From assembly GCF_902785855.1 (NCBI RefSeq), contig NZ_CADAAJ010000001.1: a stretch of DNA of 64,000 nt. One strand, 5' to 3'. The notes beneath the pieces were generated by a model. The model saw only the letters and a list, made by a program, of their open reading frames with translations. It was not told the origin of the DNA and did no database searches. Source of the DNA: an uncultured Methanobrevibacter sp. (GTDB lineage: Archaea > Methanobacteriota > Methanobacteria > Methanobacteriales > Methanobacteriaceae). This document shows, piece by piece, positions 1 to 8,652 of the stretch (position 1 is the stretch's first letter; each line of letters begins with the position of its first letter). The translations under genes were made by a program, and so were the position numbers.

Positions 1-1541
1 AAGTAGTTTGCATAATTGATGATTTGGACAGGTTATCTAAGGATGAAATCGCTGAAATGTTTAAGCTAATCAAGATAATGGCTGATTTTAAGAATATGAT
101 TTATATAGTTTCATTTGATAAGGATGTTGTTGCGAAGGCTTTAGATGATGATTATGGTGGTGAAAAATATATTGAAAAGATTATCAATGTTCCATTATAT
201 GTTCCTTTAATTACAACAGATGAGCTTACAAATTTATTATTGGAGGAAGTTGATAGGTTACGTGACCAGTATGAACTCTCTGTTGATTATTCAAGATTAA
301 AACGCTTTTTGAATTTTTATCCTATGGCTCAGGATAAACAATTTGGTGTAATCCACTTCTTTAAAAATCTTCGAGATATAAAACGTTTTATCAATATTTT
401 AGAGTTTAACATAGAGCTAATTAAAGATGAGGTTAATTTTGCCGATTTTTTTGTTTTAACTGCGCTGCAGGTTTTTCATTTAGACATATACAATAAAATC
501 AAGTATAATGAATATTTATTAACTGATCATCATTACTATGATGGAGTTGCAATTTCTAAAGATGAAATTATCGAGTCTAAAAAAAGGGATTTTGAAAAAT
601 TTTGTGATGATGAAAACATTACTTTAATTTTGAAAAAACTATTCCCAATGATGAATTACATTTATGATTCTAATCATTATAATTTCCATTTTAAGAATTT
701 TGATGAACAATTGTTGATTTGCCATCTTAAGCATTTCAAATCCTATTTTAAATTGGACGATGTTGTAAAGGTTCTTCCAGAAAAAGAAGTTAATATCTTA
801 GTCGAGATGATTAATTCAAAAGAGTCTGTGGATGAAATATTTAATAATTTAAATGATTTGGGATTAAATAAAATAAGGCTATTCTTTGAGTACATGTTAA
901 ATAGACTTGAAAGAATAGTTAAAAAACGATATTTTATTAAAATTCTTTTTTTAGTTGAGGAAAGACTTGGAAGTGAAGTTTATAATTGCATGTACACTCC
1001 TCGAAATATTCAAGATTTAATCGTGAATTTACTTTATAAAATAGATAAAAATTGCAGATTTGAAATCTTAAAAGAGAATTTTGAATTATGTGATAATTTT
1101 GATTTGTTATGTTATCTTTGGAGATATATTAATGAAAATAATTATAATATCTATGTTGCAGATGAAGAAATATTGTCTAGCGATGAACTTGATTATTTAA
1201 GGCAGGTTTTGAAGGATAAATTAAATATTGCTGAGATTGTTCCTTGGGATAGTTCAAAATTCATTGAAATAATGACAATTTATGAAATACTTGATTTAAC
1301 AGAAATTAATGATACAATTATTAGTAATTCTCTTATAACTGCTGAGGATGTTTTATCCTTTTTGAATATTTTTAATCATGATGATAAAAAATCTAATTCG
1401 TCTCGAGTATATGTTGGGGAAATGAAGAAATATTGCAATATTGAAATTATTAAAAATAAAGTAGATGACTTGCCTCCAGAGTATAATGAAGAACAAGTTG
1501 TTAAAAGCTTTTTAAAGGGTTATGATTTGATTAATAATTAG
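1..1541 (+). CDS. KAP family P-loop NTPase, C-terminal portion (5' end lies outside the window)
   Basis: The frame is open from base 3 with no stop upstream of the track start. It reads VVCIIDDLDRLSKDEIAEMFKLIK...NMIYIVSFDKDVVAKAL...YIEKIINVPLYVP. This is the Walker-B hhhhDDLDR motif plus the downstream signature typical of KAP NTPases. Confidence 0.8.
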   Translation, partial: VVCIIDDLDRLSKDEIAEMFKLIKIMADFKNMIYIVSFDKDVVAKALDDDYGGEKYIEKIINVPLYVPLITTDELTNLLLEEVDRLRDQYELSVDYSRLKRFLNFYPMAQDKQFGVIHFFKNLRDIKRFINILEFNIELIKDEVNFADFFVLTALQVFHLDIYNKIKYNEYLLTDHHYYDGVAISKDEIIESKKRDFEKFCDDENITLILKKLFPMMNYIYDSNHYNFHFKNFDEQLLICHLKHFKSYFKLDDVVKVLPEKEVNILVEMINSKESVDEIFNNLNDLGLNKIRLFFEYMLNRLERIVKKRYFIKILFLVEERLGSEVYNCMYTPRNIQDLIVNLLYKIDKNCRFEILKENFELCDNFDLLCYLWRYINENNYNIYVADEEILSSDELDYLRQVLKDKLNIAEIVPWDSSKFIEIMTIYEILDLTEINDTIISNSLITAEDVLSFLNIFNHDDKKSNSSRVYVGEMKKYCNIEIIKNKVDDLPPEYNEEQVVKSFLKGYDLINN

Positions 1542-1544
1542 TGA

Positions 1545-2444
1545 GTGTTAAAAATGTTGGATATTGATTTTGATTATAGTTTTATTGAGAAACTAGCAGT
1601 TGTAATATGTGGTGATGAGTATAGCGATAAATTTTGTGAAGATATTTCTCCTACTAAATGTCCAGTATATAGAACTAAACCACAATTAGAAAAGTTTTTT
1701 GAAGATATTGTGGATTTTAAATCTGATGATGGGGAATCTAGAAAAATATTTACAATTCAGTGTTTGTCTAAAATAAATAATTTAAATAAAATGGATATTG
1801 TTTTAGAGAAATTAACAAATCCTAAAACATATCTCGATGAAAAAATTGTCAAATTCATTATTAATGAAGTTAATGGAATAATAAAATGGTATGATATTGA
1901 AATAAAGTTAGAAAAGAATCAACCAACTATTGTTGAATTAGATGAATCAGTTAATGTTGATATTTCAAATAAAGAAATGGGTGATTTTGTAATATTAGAT
2001 TTTAAAGAATTGATTGATGATGAAACTTTATCTGAAATAATGAATCTTCGATGGTTGGAGATAAAGCATACTTATTTATCCAAATCTTATTTATCAACTG
2101 TTGTGTTATTAGGCAGCATACTTGAAGGTTTGTTGTATTATTATGTTTCTACTAATTATAATACTATTAAATCAGTTTCATCAGCTCCCAAAGATTACTC
2201 AGGAAAAATTATTTCAATAGATAATTGGAAATTAAATGATTTGATAAATGTTGCTCATGAATGCAATTGGCTTGATGATGATATTAAAACATTTAATGAA
2301 GGTTTGAGAGATTATAGGAATTTAATTCATCCTAAAGTACAAAAAAATAAGCTAATAATTCCTGATAAAGATACATGTGATATTTGTATCGATGTTGTTG
2401 TTGCAGCGTTCAATGATTTGAAAAATAAAGAATACTTAAAGTAA
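1545..2444 (+). CDS. Hypothetical protein with a C-terminal HEPN-like helical domain
   Basis: It starts 4 nt after the KAP stop; ATG 1554, preceded by GTGAGTG, is probably the real start. The C-terminal third reads GSILEGLL...WKLNDLINVAHE...GLRDYRNLIHP, which gives an R-x6-H motif with RN in a helical context. The N-terminal stretch CPVYRTKPQLEKFF...SRKIF resembles N-terminal modules on Abi/HEPN proteins, from recollection only. Confidence 0.55.
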   Translation: MLKMLDIDFDYSFIEKLAVVICGDEYSDKFCEDISPTKCPVYRTKPQLEKFFEDIVDFKSDDGESRKIFTIQCLSKINNLNKMDIVLEKLTNPKTYLDEKIVKFIINEVNGIIKWYDIEIKLEKNQPTIVELDESVNVDISNKEMGDFVILDFKELIDDETLSEIMNLRWLEIKHTYLSKSYLSTVVLLGSILEGLLYYYVSTNYNTIKSVSSAPKDYSGKIISIDNWKLNDLINVAHECNWLDDDIKTFNEGLRDYRNLIHPKVQKNKLIIPDKDTCDICIDVVVAAFNDLKNKEYLK

Positions 2445-2502
2445 TTTTTTCTTTATTCATAAAACTAAATTTTTTTCACTGAGTAACAATATAGATTTTG
2501 TC

Positions 2503-2988
2503 ATGAAATTAATTAATGAAAGATGTAATGAATGTGATTCAAAAATAGATCCCTATGAATTTTTTATAAATAATGATGGGAGTAATTTTTTTTGCTCAGA
2601 AAAATGTTGTAAACAGTATTATAATAGAACTCATGAAGAATTGTTTATATATAAATCTATTTGTAGTGGATATGATGAATGTCATGAATTGAATAATATT
2701 TCAGAAAGGTGTAAAACTGAAAAGGAACTTCGAATGTCACAGTATGGTTTTCCACAAGGATTTAAGCAGAATAGGTGTCTTCCTTCTGAAATTTCGATTA
2801 TTCGCACTAATATGAAATTATATAATTTTGTAAAGCAATCTGAAGAGCAATCATCTAAATTGAATGAAAAAACAGTAAATCTCACGAAATTTAATGTTAA
2901 TTTAACAATAGCAATGTTGTTATTAGCAGCTATTAATGCAATAGGTATCATTGTTCAAATTTGGTTACAAATGTCTAGTGGAGGTTAA
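2503..2988 (+). CDS. FCS/TRASH-like zinc-ribbon protein with a C-terminal transmembrane helix
   Basis: It contains CNEC-x18-FCSEKC (a CxxC...FCSxxC pattern). A hydrophobic helix LTIAMLLLAAINAIGIIVQIWL sits at the C-terminus. Confidence 0.55.
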   Translation: MKLINERCNECDSKIDPYEFFINNDGSNFFCSEKCCKQYYNRTHEELFIYKSICSGYDECHELNNISERCKTEKELRMSQYGFPQGFKQNRCLPSEISIIRTNMKLYNFVKQSEEQSSKLNEKTVNLTKFNVNLTIAMLLLAAINAIGIIVQIWLQMSSGG

Positions 2989-2989
2989 T

Positions 2990-3721
2990 ATGATTAAAAA
3001 TTTAAAATTAAAATCACTTGAACTTGGTAAATTGATTGTCAAAAATGAAATTCATATTGATTGGTATAATATTTTAGATGCATTTGAATTTTTATATGTA
3101 TTTGATTCCCACCCTCGTTTAATTAGAAGTCAAAATTGGGGTGACCCGGATTATAACGATTGTGTAATCGGGGTTATTTTTGATTCTTTAAGTGATGATA
3201 AATTACGTGCTTGTGACATGATAGAATATATTTTAAAAAATTGCACTGGAATTGAAGAATTGGAAATAACTAAAATCATGTCTGATTTTCGAGGGGATGA
3301 ACCTTATTTAAATACAAATAGAACAACTGATGAAGAAATTAAAGATTTAATTGAACACATTAATCAATCTGTTTCTTCAGGAAAATTAGTATTTGCTCTT
3401 GATAGATTACATACATTAATGACTAAATATGTAAAGGAATTATGTGTAATTCATTCTATTCCCTTTGATGAAAATGAGAGATTAGATGTTATATTTAAAA
3501 GCTATGTTAATTATATTAAGGAGTACATTGACTCAGACATGTCTTTAACAATACTAAAATCAAATATATCTCTCTTCTCACAATTTAACAATATAAGGAA
3601 TAATTATACTTATGCTCATGATAATAATGTTTTAGATGATGCTGAAAGTAAATTAATTTTTAAAAATATTGTCAATGTTAAAGAATTTGTCGATGATTTA
3701 GAAGAATGTATATTTAATTAG
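2990..3721 (+). CDS. AbiJ-like protein with an Abi_C-type HEPN domain
   Basis: ATG 2990 lies 1 nt after the upstream stop and is preceded by GGAGG; the track start at 2951 is unlikely. Motifs FALDRLHTLMTKYVKELC ... FNNIRNNYTYAHD (RN-x5-H) match my recollection of the Abi_C HEPN signature. Confidence 0.6.
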   Translation: MIKNLKLKSLELGKLIVKNEIHIDWYNILDAFEFLYVFDSHPRLIRSQNWGDPDYNDCVIGVIFDSLSDDKLRACDMIEYILKNCTGIEELEITKIMSDFRGDEPYLNTNRTTDEEIKDLIEHINQSVSSGKLVFALDRLHTLMTKYVKELCVIHSIPFDENERLDVIFKSYVNYIKEYIDSDMSLTILKSNISLFSQFNNIRNNYTYAHDNNVLDDAESKLIFKNIVNVKEFVDDLEECIFN

Positions 3722-3763
3722 TTATCTAAAATTTTTTATTAATTAATGATAAAATATTAATTC

Positions 3764-5179
3764 ATGATTAGCGAATACAAATATCCAGATTTTCACTTCA
3801 ATACGATTGTAGATGAATTTAATACTGAAAAAATATTTTTCGAAGCAGATAATGCTAAACTCATTTTTAGTGATGAAGAAACTTACAATCTTTCAAATAT
3901 TAAATTATATATCTTAGATGATATTAAACTAGATTTTGAATTAAATGAAAGGATAAGTAGAGACTATGATAAGTTCAATATTGAGTTTGAATCATCAGGG
4001 GGTTGGTTGATTAATATTGAGGGATGTTATTTTACATTTTTTGAAAATATGTATCCTGTCTCTGCTGAAGGGCTTAATGTAAAACTCATTAAAGGGCAGT
4101 GCAGTAATGACACTCCTGTACGATATTATAAGTTCATTGAAAATTTAAATTTAAGTAATGAATGTGAAATTAATGAAGTTAAATGCACGGAACTGGATAA
4201 TTTATTTTTAATAAAGCACAAAAATGACTTTTTTAAAAATATTGACGGCTATTTCTACATTACGGATAGCTATAATAATATAAAAGATGTTTTTAGTAAT
4301 TTATATTTTCTTTTAAAATATTATTCTGCCGAATCTGCCAGCATGAGAATTTCTTACTGTTTGGGTGATGATTTTGAAAAAATTGAAATTGGACTTCCAT
4401 CCACATATTCAAATTTCAAGTATGAATCCTGTTTTTATGATACATATCGAAATACTCTTTTTGATTTTCTAAATTCATCTTATGATTCCTATGTTGGACT
4501 TAAAAATGAGGGCATAATTGATGTTAATTTATTAATTCACTATTTAGCCTTTTTAAAAAGGGAAAGATATATGGAAGTTGAATTATTAATTTCAGCAATC
4601 ATTCTTGAAGTCTTAACAAAAAACCATAAGAAAATTAAGGATTCAAATGAGGCTAAATTCGCTTCTGATTTAAGAAAATTAATTAAAAAATTAGATTTAG
4701 ATTTCGATAAGTTAGATGAATTTTTTAAAGGATATGGTGTAGTTTGTGATAGCAATACATTTTTAAGCGAAATTGTTAAAGTAAGAAATGATATAGTTCA
4801 TGGAAATGCTGTAGTTTCACTAAAACTTTGTTATTTAATGACAACTTTTGTAAATATCCTTGCCTTAAAATTATTTAATATTAAATGTGCAATGTATGTT
4901 CCATTAATCAAAAGGAATGGGTTTACACATGAATTTTTAGAACAATTCATCTTAAGTCGTGATGATGAAGAAGTTGAAGAGGATACTCGTGAAATAGATG
5001 ATCAACCTATTGAAGTAGAAGAGATTAATGGGAAATTATATTTGCCACTTGAATCATTTAATGGTGAAGAGGATGTTATTCATGAAGGTGATAAATTTAG
5101 GCTTTTAGAATTTGAAACAAAAGAGTATGGTGAAGATTGCAAACTCAATTTAAAAATGGCACGTTTTGTGAAACAATAA
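3764..5179 (+). CDS. ApeA-like protein: large N-terminal domain plus a C-terminal HEPN domain (RNxxxHG)
   Basis: The 471-aa protein has the canonical HEPN motif EIVKVRNDIVHGN, preceded by a helix LISAIILEVLTK. It ends in an acidic C-terminal tail. Confidence 0.55.
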   Translation: MISEYKYPDFHFNTIVDEFNTEKIFFEADNAKLIFSDEETYNLSNIKLYILDDIKLDFELNERISRDYDKFNIEFESSGGWLINIEGCYFTFFENMYPVSAEGLNVKLIKGQCSNDTPVRYYKFIENLNLSNECEINEVKCTELDNLFLIKHKNDFFKNIDGYFYITDSYNNIKDVFSNLYFLLKYYSAESASMRISYCLGDDFEKIEIGLPSTYSNFKYESCFYDTYRNTLFDFLNSSYDSYVGLKNEGIIDVNLLIHYLAFLKRERYMEVELLISAIILEVLTKNHKKIKDSNEAKFASDLRKLIKKLDLDFDKLDEFFKGYGVVCDSNTFLSEIVKVRNDIVHGNAVVSLKLCYLMTTFVNILALKLFNIKCAMYVPLIKRNGFTHEFLEQFILSRDDEEVEEDTREIDDQPIEVEEINGKLYLPLESFNGEEDVIHEGDKFRLLEFETKEYGEDCKLNLKMARFVKQ

Positions 5180-5411
5180 TGATGGAGTTCATTGATTTTT
5201 GATGGATTTTGTGATGGACTTTTTAATTAATAAATTGATTAATTATTTGAGGTTTTTATCATAAAACTGCCATCTATTTGATCATGTTTTTAATATAAAT
5301 GAGTGCTGAATTATTTTGATGGACTTGACATAGAGTTAGCTTGCTCTATATGTTATATATTATTATATAACTATTCCACTGCCCACTAAAACCTGAAATC
5401 CTTGAAAAATT

Positions 5412-5656
5412 TCAATAAGGTATGATGAATGGTATTCTCCAGATTATAAAAGACATGTACTTTTTATGACACCGCTTGCAGAGTGTTATGCCGTTATCCA
5501 GATTAAGTCGTAGGGGTATAAAATTCTTAAACGAAAACACTTGATGAGTCCTGCTGGATCTCCACAAAAAGCAGCATCCATTATCCCTCTTATTCTCTTT
5601 AGTATTTGTCTTCCTCCATCTTGTTTTGTAAACGTCAATCTGTTCTGTTGAAGTTC
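5412..5656 (-). pseudogene. HNH endonuclease remnant, frameshifted and truncated at the IS boundary
   Basis: This is my own minus-strand translation. One frame reads ...ILKRIRGIMDAAFCGDPAGLI. An adjacent frame reads ...THQVFSFKNFIPLRLNLDNGITLCKRCHKK then stops at 5412-5414. Together they give a C-x2-CG ... H ... N ... LCxxCH pattern. There is no start codon, and the region is noticeably more GC-rich than its flanks. Confidence 0.35.
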
Positions 5657-5657
5657 A

Positions 5658-5681
5658 GGGTGTCCGCCAAAATTGAATTTT
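5658..5681. repeat. Left terminal inverted repeat of the IS
   Basis: GGGTGTCCGCCAAAATTGAATTTT matches the reverse complement of 7419-7442 at 23 of 24 positions. Confidence 0.85.
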
Positions 5682-5994
5682 GATTTTTTGTCAAAAAATT
5701 TTTTAGCCTAATTTTTATTATTTTTACTATATTCTTTCAAATTTTTATTTATTTTAATTTTTATATTTTATTCATTTTTTAAATCATTATTGGATTTTAT
5801 ATTGTTTTTATTTTTTGTTTTAATTGAATTTTAGATAGTTAAGTTTATATACTTGGTTATATATAATTTATATTAGATATAATTTGATTTGGTGTTGTTT
5901 TTTATGGTTAAAGAAAGTTAAATAAGAATCAGACAAAATTTGGTATTAAGACACTTGATTGGAATGTTCCAGCTAACCATATTTCTCGTTTGTC

Positions 5995-7398
5995 GTGGAA
6001 TTTATTGAAGAAGTTTTTCCACTTTTAAATATCAAAGAACCCAAGAAAAAGAAAGGAAGAGACTCCTTTCCAGTAGATTCAATGTTAAAACTATTTATTT
6101 ATGCTAAAATACAACATATTGACCGAACATCCATTATTGCAGACATGGCACGATACCATGACATATTTAAATATGTTTGCGACGATATCGGGCCTTCTGA
6201 AAGATCAATTCAACGATATAGAAGAGAATACGGCCATTATTTCGAAGTATTATTGAAAATGACCTTAAAAAAGGCATTTGATGAAGGATTCACTGAATTT
6301 AATCATGTTGCTATTGATGGAACCATCAAAAAAGCATACAATTCCAACAACAACACCATAACAAAAAAAGAAACACAAATATTGGTCGATTACTACGAAA
6401 GACGACCAATAGACTCTGAATCACTTGAAAAACTTCATAAACCTGCTCAAAGATTGTTCGAAAAGAAAGACATGGGTGATGAAGATAAATTAGAACTATT
6501 GTATGGAATAGAAACACAATTTACATTCACAGGACAAGATAGAATACCAGTAAACGATATTGAAGCAAGATTTATGGAAGGTAAGAAAGGAAACTTCATG
6601 GTTGCCTATAATATCCAATCTGCAGTCGATTATGACACCAAATTAATCTGTGCAATAAACGTCACACAAAACCCTACAGACCATTATGAACTATCAAACA
6701 TCGCAGAAATAGCAATAAAAAACATTAACACCAAACCAAAATATATAAGTGCAGATACAATCTAATTAAACCAAATATCATTATACTACTTAGTAGATAA
6801 AAAAATAGATGGATTAATACCAAACAGAAAACAAAGCAAAGAAAAAATAGGAAAATTAAACCCAAATCCATATCATAAAGACCATTTTGAATATAATTAT
6901 GAATTAGATGCATTTAAACGCCCAGAAAATCAATATATGTACTTTTTTGCAAAATATGTTGAACCACATAAAGACCCAGAAAAACCAGATAAAATAAAAA
7001 GACTTTACAATAATTACGAAGCCTGTAAAAACTGCAAATCAAGAAATAAATGTTGTTCATCCTCATAAACACACAAAACCATCACAGAATACGGTTCAGA
7101 AATGCAAAAAGTAATGAACCAGAAAATGGAAAAACAAGAATATAAAGACGAATATGCCAAAAGATCAAGCGTTGAAGGACCATTTGGAATATTCAAAGAA
7201 CAATTCCAAATAGAAAAAGAAGTTGGCACCGGAATGATAAAAACAGAAGAAAGAATAAACTTAGACGCATTAGCATATAATTTAATACGATTATACAACA
7301 TTAAACAAGAAATAGAAAATACAACAGAAGATTTAGAAGATTTCTGCGAAAGTACATCCATTAAAAATCAATTAAAACTCGATGTGACAATATTTTAA
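5995..7398 (+). pseudogene. DDE transposase interrupted by in-frame stops
   Basis: The track ORFs 5995-6765 and 7102-7398 are in the same frame. They are joined by an open stretch that contains only two TAA codons (6763-6765 and 7066-7068). Motifs: DSMLKLFIYAKIQHI (DUF772-like), AIDGT, SADTI*, CKNCKSRNKCC, and SVEGPFGIFKEQF...LAYNLIRL. Upstream, 5966-5989 in another frame reads VPANHISR, so the 5' end is probably frameshifted as well. Confidence 0.8.
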
Positions 7399-7418
7399 AA
7401 AAAATCAACAAATTAGCA

Positions 7419-7442
7419 AAAATTTAATTTTGGCGGACACCC
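7419..7442. repeat. Right terminal inverted repeat of the IS
   Basis: AAAATTTAATTTTGGCGGACACCC is the reverse complement of the left repeat with one mismatch. Confidence 0.85.
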
Positions 7443-7511
7443 TTATAAAAAATCTCACCGAGAGCAAATGATAAGTAATATTTATCATAAGTATACAATA
7501 TTTTAATTGTT

Positions 7512-8321
7512 ATGTTTCCAATAGAATACTTTTTAGGATTAATTTTAATAGGAATTTGTGCCGGTTTTGTTTCTGGTCTTTTAGGTGTTGGTGGAGGATT
7601 TTTAATTGTTCCTTTACAGTATTTTTTACTTAAATATATAGGTGTTAATCCGGATTTAGCAATGTTAATATCTTTGGGTACCAGTTTAGCTATTATCATA
7701 CCAACTGCATTAAGTGGAGCTTACAGACATACTCGTAAAATGGATAATATCTTAAAACCTGGAATTAAATTTGGTATTTTTGGGATTATTGGTGGTGCTA
7801 TTGGAGGGGCTGTTGCATCAACACTACCTTCAAGAATACTTGAAATAATATTTGGTTGTTTACTTTTATTTATTGTTGTAAATAATATTATTAATATTAA
7901 TAAAGAAGATAATGAAGCTAAAATTCCATTTAATTTAATTTCTATTGGAATTATTGGTTTATTGGTTGGATTTTCATCTGGTCTTTTAGGTGTTGGTGGA
8001 GGTATATTTTTAATAGCTATTTTAACTACACTTTTAGGTTTTTCAATGATTGAATCAATTGGAACATCTTCTATTTTTATTTCGCTAACAGCTGTTGGGG
8101 GATTTTTATCATATATAGTTTCTGGTTGGGGTGTTTGCACATTCCCGTATTCAATTGGTTATGTTAGTATTATAAATTTTGCTTTAATTGCTTGTTTTTC
8201 TGTTCCATTAGCATCTGTTGGTGCTAAAGTTGCTCATAAAATGCCTCAAAAGAAATTAAAAATTATATTCTCAATAGTTGTGTTATATATGGCATTAAAA
8301 ATGTTAAATATACTGCCTTAA
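7512..8321 (+). CDS. TauE/SafE family sulfite/anion exporter (DUF81) membrane protein
   Basis: It has duplicated SGLLGVGGG(F/I) motifs and multiple transmembrane helices. Confidence 0.85.
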   Translation: MFPIEYFLGLILIGICAGFVSGLLGVGGGFLIVPLQYFLLKYIGVNPDLAMLISLGTSLAIIIPTALSGAYRHTRKMDNILKPGIKFGIFGIIGGAIGGAVASTLPSRILEIIFGCLLLFIVVNNIININKEDNEAKIPFNLISIGIIGLLVGFSSGLLGVGGGIFLIAILTTLLGFSMIESIGTSSIFISLTAVGGFLSYIVSGWGVCTFPYSIGYVSIINFALIACFSVPLASVGAKVAHKMPQKKLKIIFSIVVLYMALKMLNILP

Positions 8322-8382
8322 GTTAAAATTTAAAAAAATCAGTTGTTTTTAAAAAAATAAAAAAATAAAATTAATATTTTAA

Positions 8383-8652
8383 TTATAATAAGAAACCTGA
8401 TGCAGAACTACTCATTGCAGCCATACCTAAGGCTCCACCAAGGAAGAATATGGAAATCAATAAGGAGATTATTATTAATATAATAGCTACAATCATTATA
8501 TATTTTCCATGTTGTGCATATAATGGTACTTCGTCTTTTTTCATGAAGTATAAGAGTGCACCAAAAATTAAACCAATAATTGGGACGAATATTGCGAGAA
8601 TGTAACCAATAACAACTAATGCCATACTGCCTTCTTCTGCCATGTTTTTCAC
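8383..8652 (-). CDS. Small membrane protein, unknown function
   Basis: The 89-aa product has two or three hydrophobic helices. No motif was recognised. Confidence 0.45.
   Translation of the reverse strand: MKNMAEEGSMALVVIGYILAIFVPIIGLIFGALLYFMKKDEVPLYAQHGKYIMIVAIILIIISLLISIFFLGGALGMAAMSSSASGFLL

Larger units (their letters stand above)
5658..7442 (+). mobile_element. Insertion sequence (IS1182/IS5-like DDE transposase), decayed copy
   Basis: 24-nt terminal inverted repeats bracket a single transposase reading frame. The total length is 1785 bp. Confidence 0.8.

Noticed and set aside
2682-2951. Minus-strand 89-aa ORF, and similar short antisense or alternate-frame ORFs at 4540, 6326, 6725, 7014, 11478, 13484, 13600, 17605, 25007, 27245, 28361, 28719, 30821, 31697, 33252, 34134, 34238, 34285, 35175, 35493, 36125, 37501, 39610, 42698, 46593, 48282, 49145, 50032, 50797, 52073, 52962, 59642 and 61010
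   Set aside because: All are embedded in, or overlap, longer ORFs with recognisable domains. Long spurious antisense ORFs are expected in such AT-rich coding DNA.
2951-2989. Track start at 2951 for the AbiJ-like gene, overlapping the upstream gene by 38 nt
   Set aside because: ATG 2990 has a GGAGG at ideal spacing and sits 1 nt after the upstream stop. The 2951 start adds only a non-conserved-looking leader.
5331-5352. Short hairpin ATAGAG-(8 nt)-CTCTAT downstream of the ApeA-like gene
   Set aside because: The stem is only 6-7 bp in AT-rich DNA with no following T-tract. This is insufficient to call a terminator or RNA element.
6763-7068. In-frame TAA codons in the transposase as programmed readthrough or recoding
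   Set aside because: TAA is the ordinary stop used by most genes in this window. The 5' end of the same gene is also frameshifted, so decay is the simpler explanation.
7424-8140. Two minus-strand ORFs (7424-7699 and 7721-8140) with Pro-rich products such as PPPTPKRP
   Set aside because: They lie antisense to the well-supported TauE/SafE gene. The PPPTPK strings are the reverse-complement reading of its GVGGG motifs, so these are shadow ORFs.
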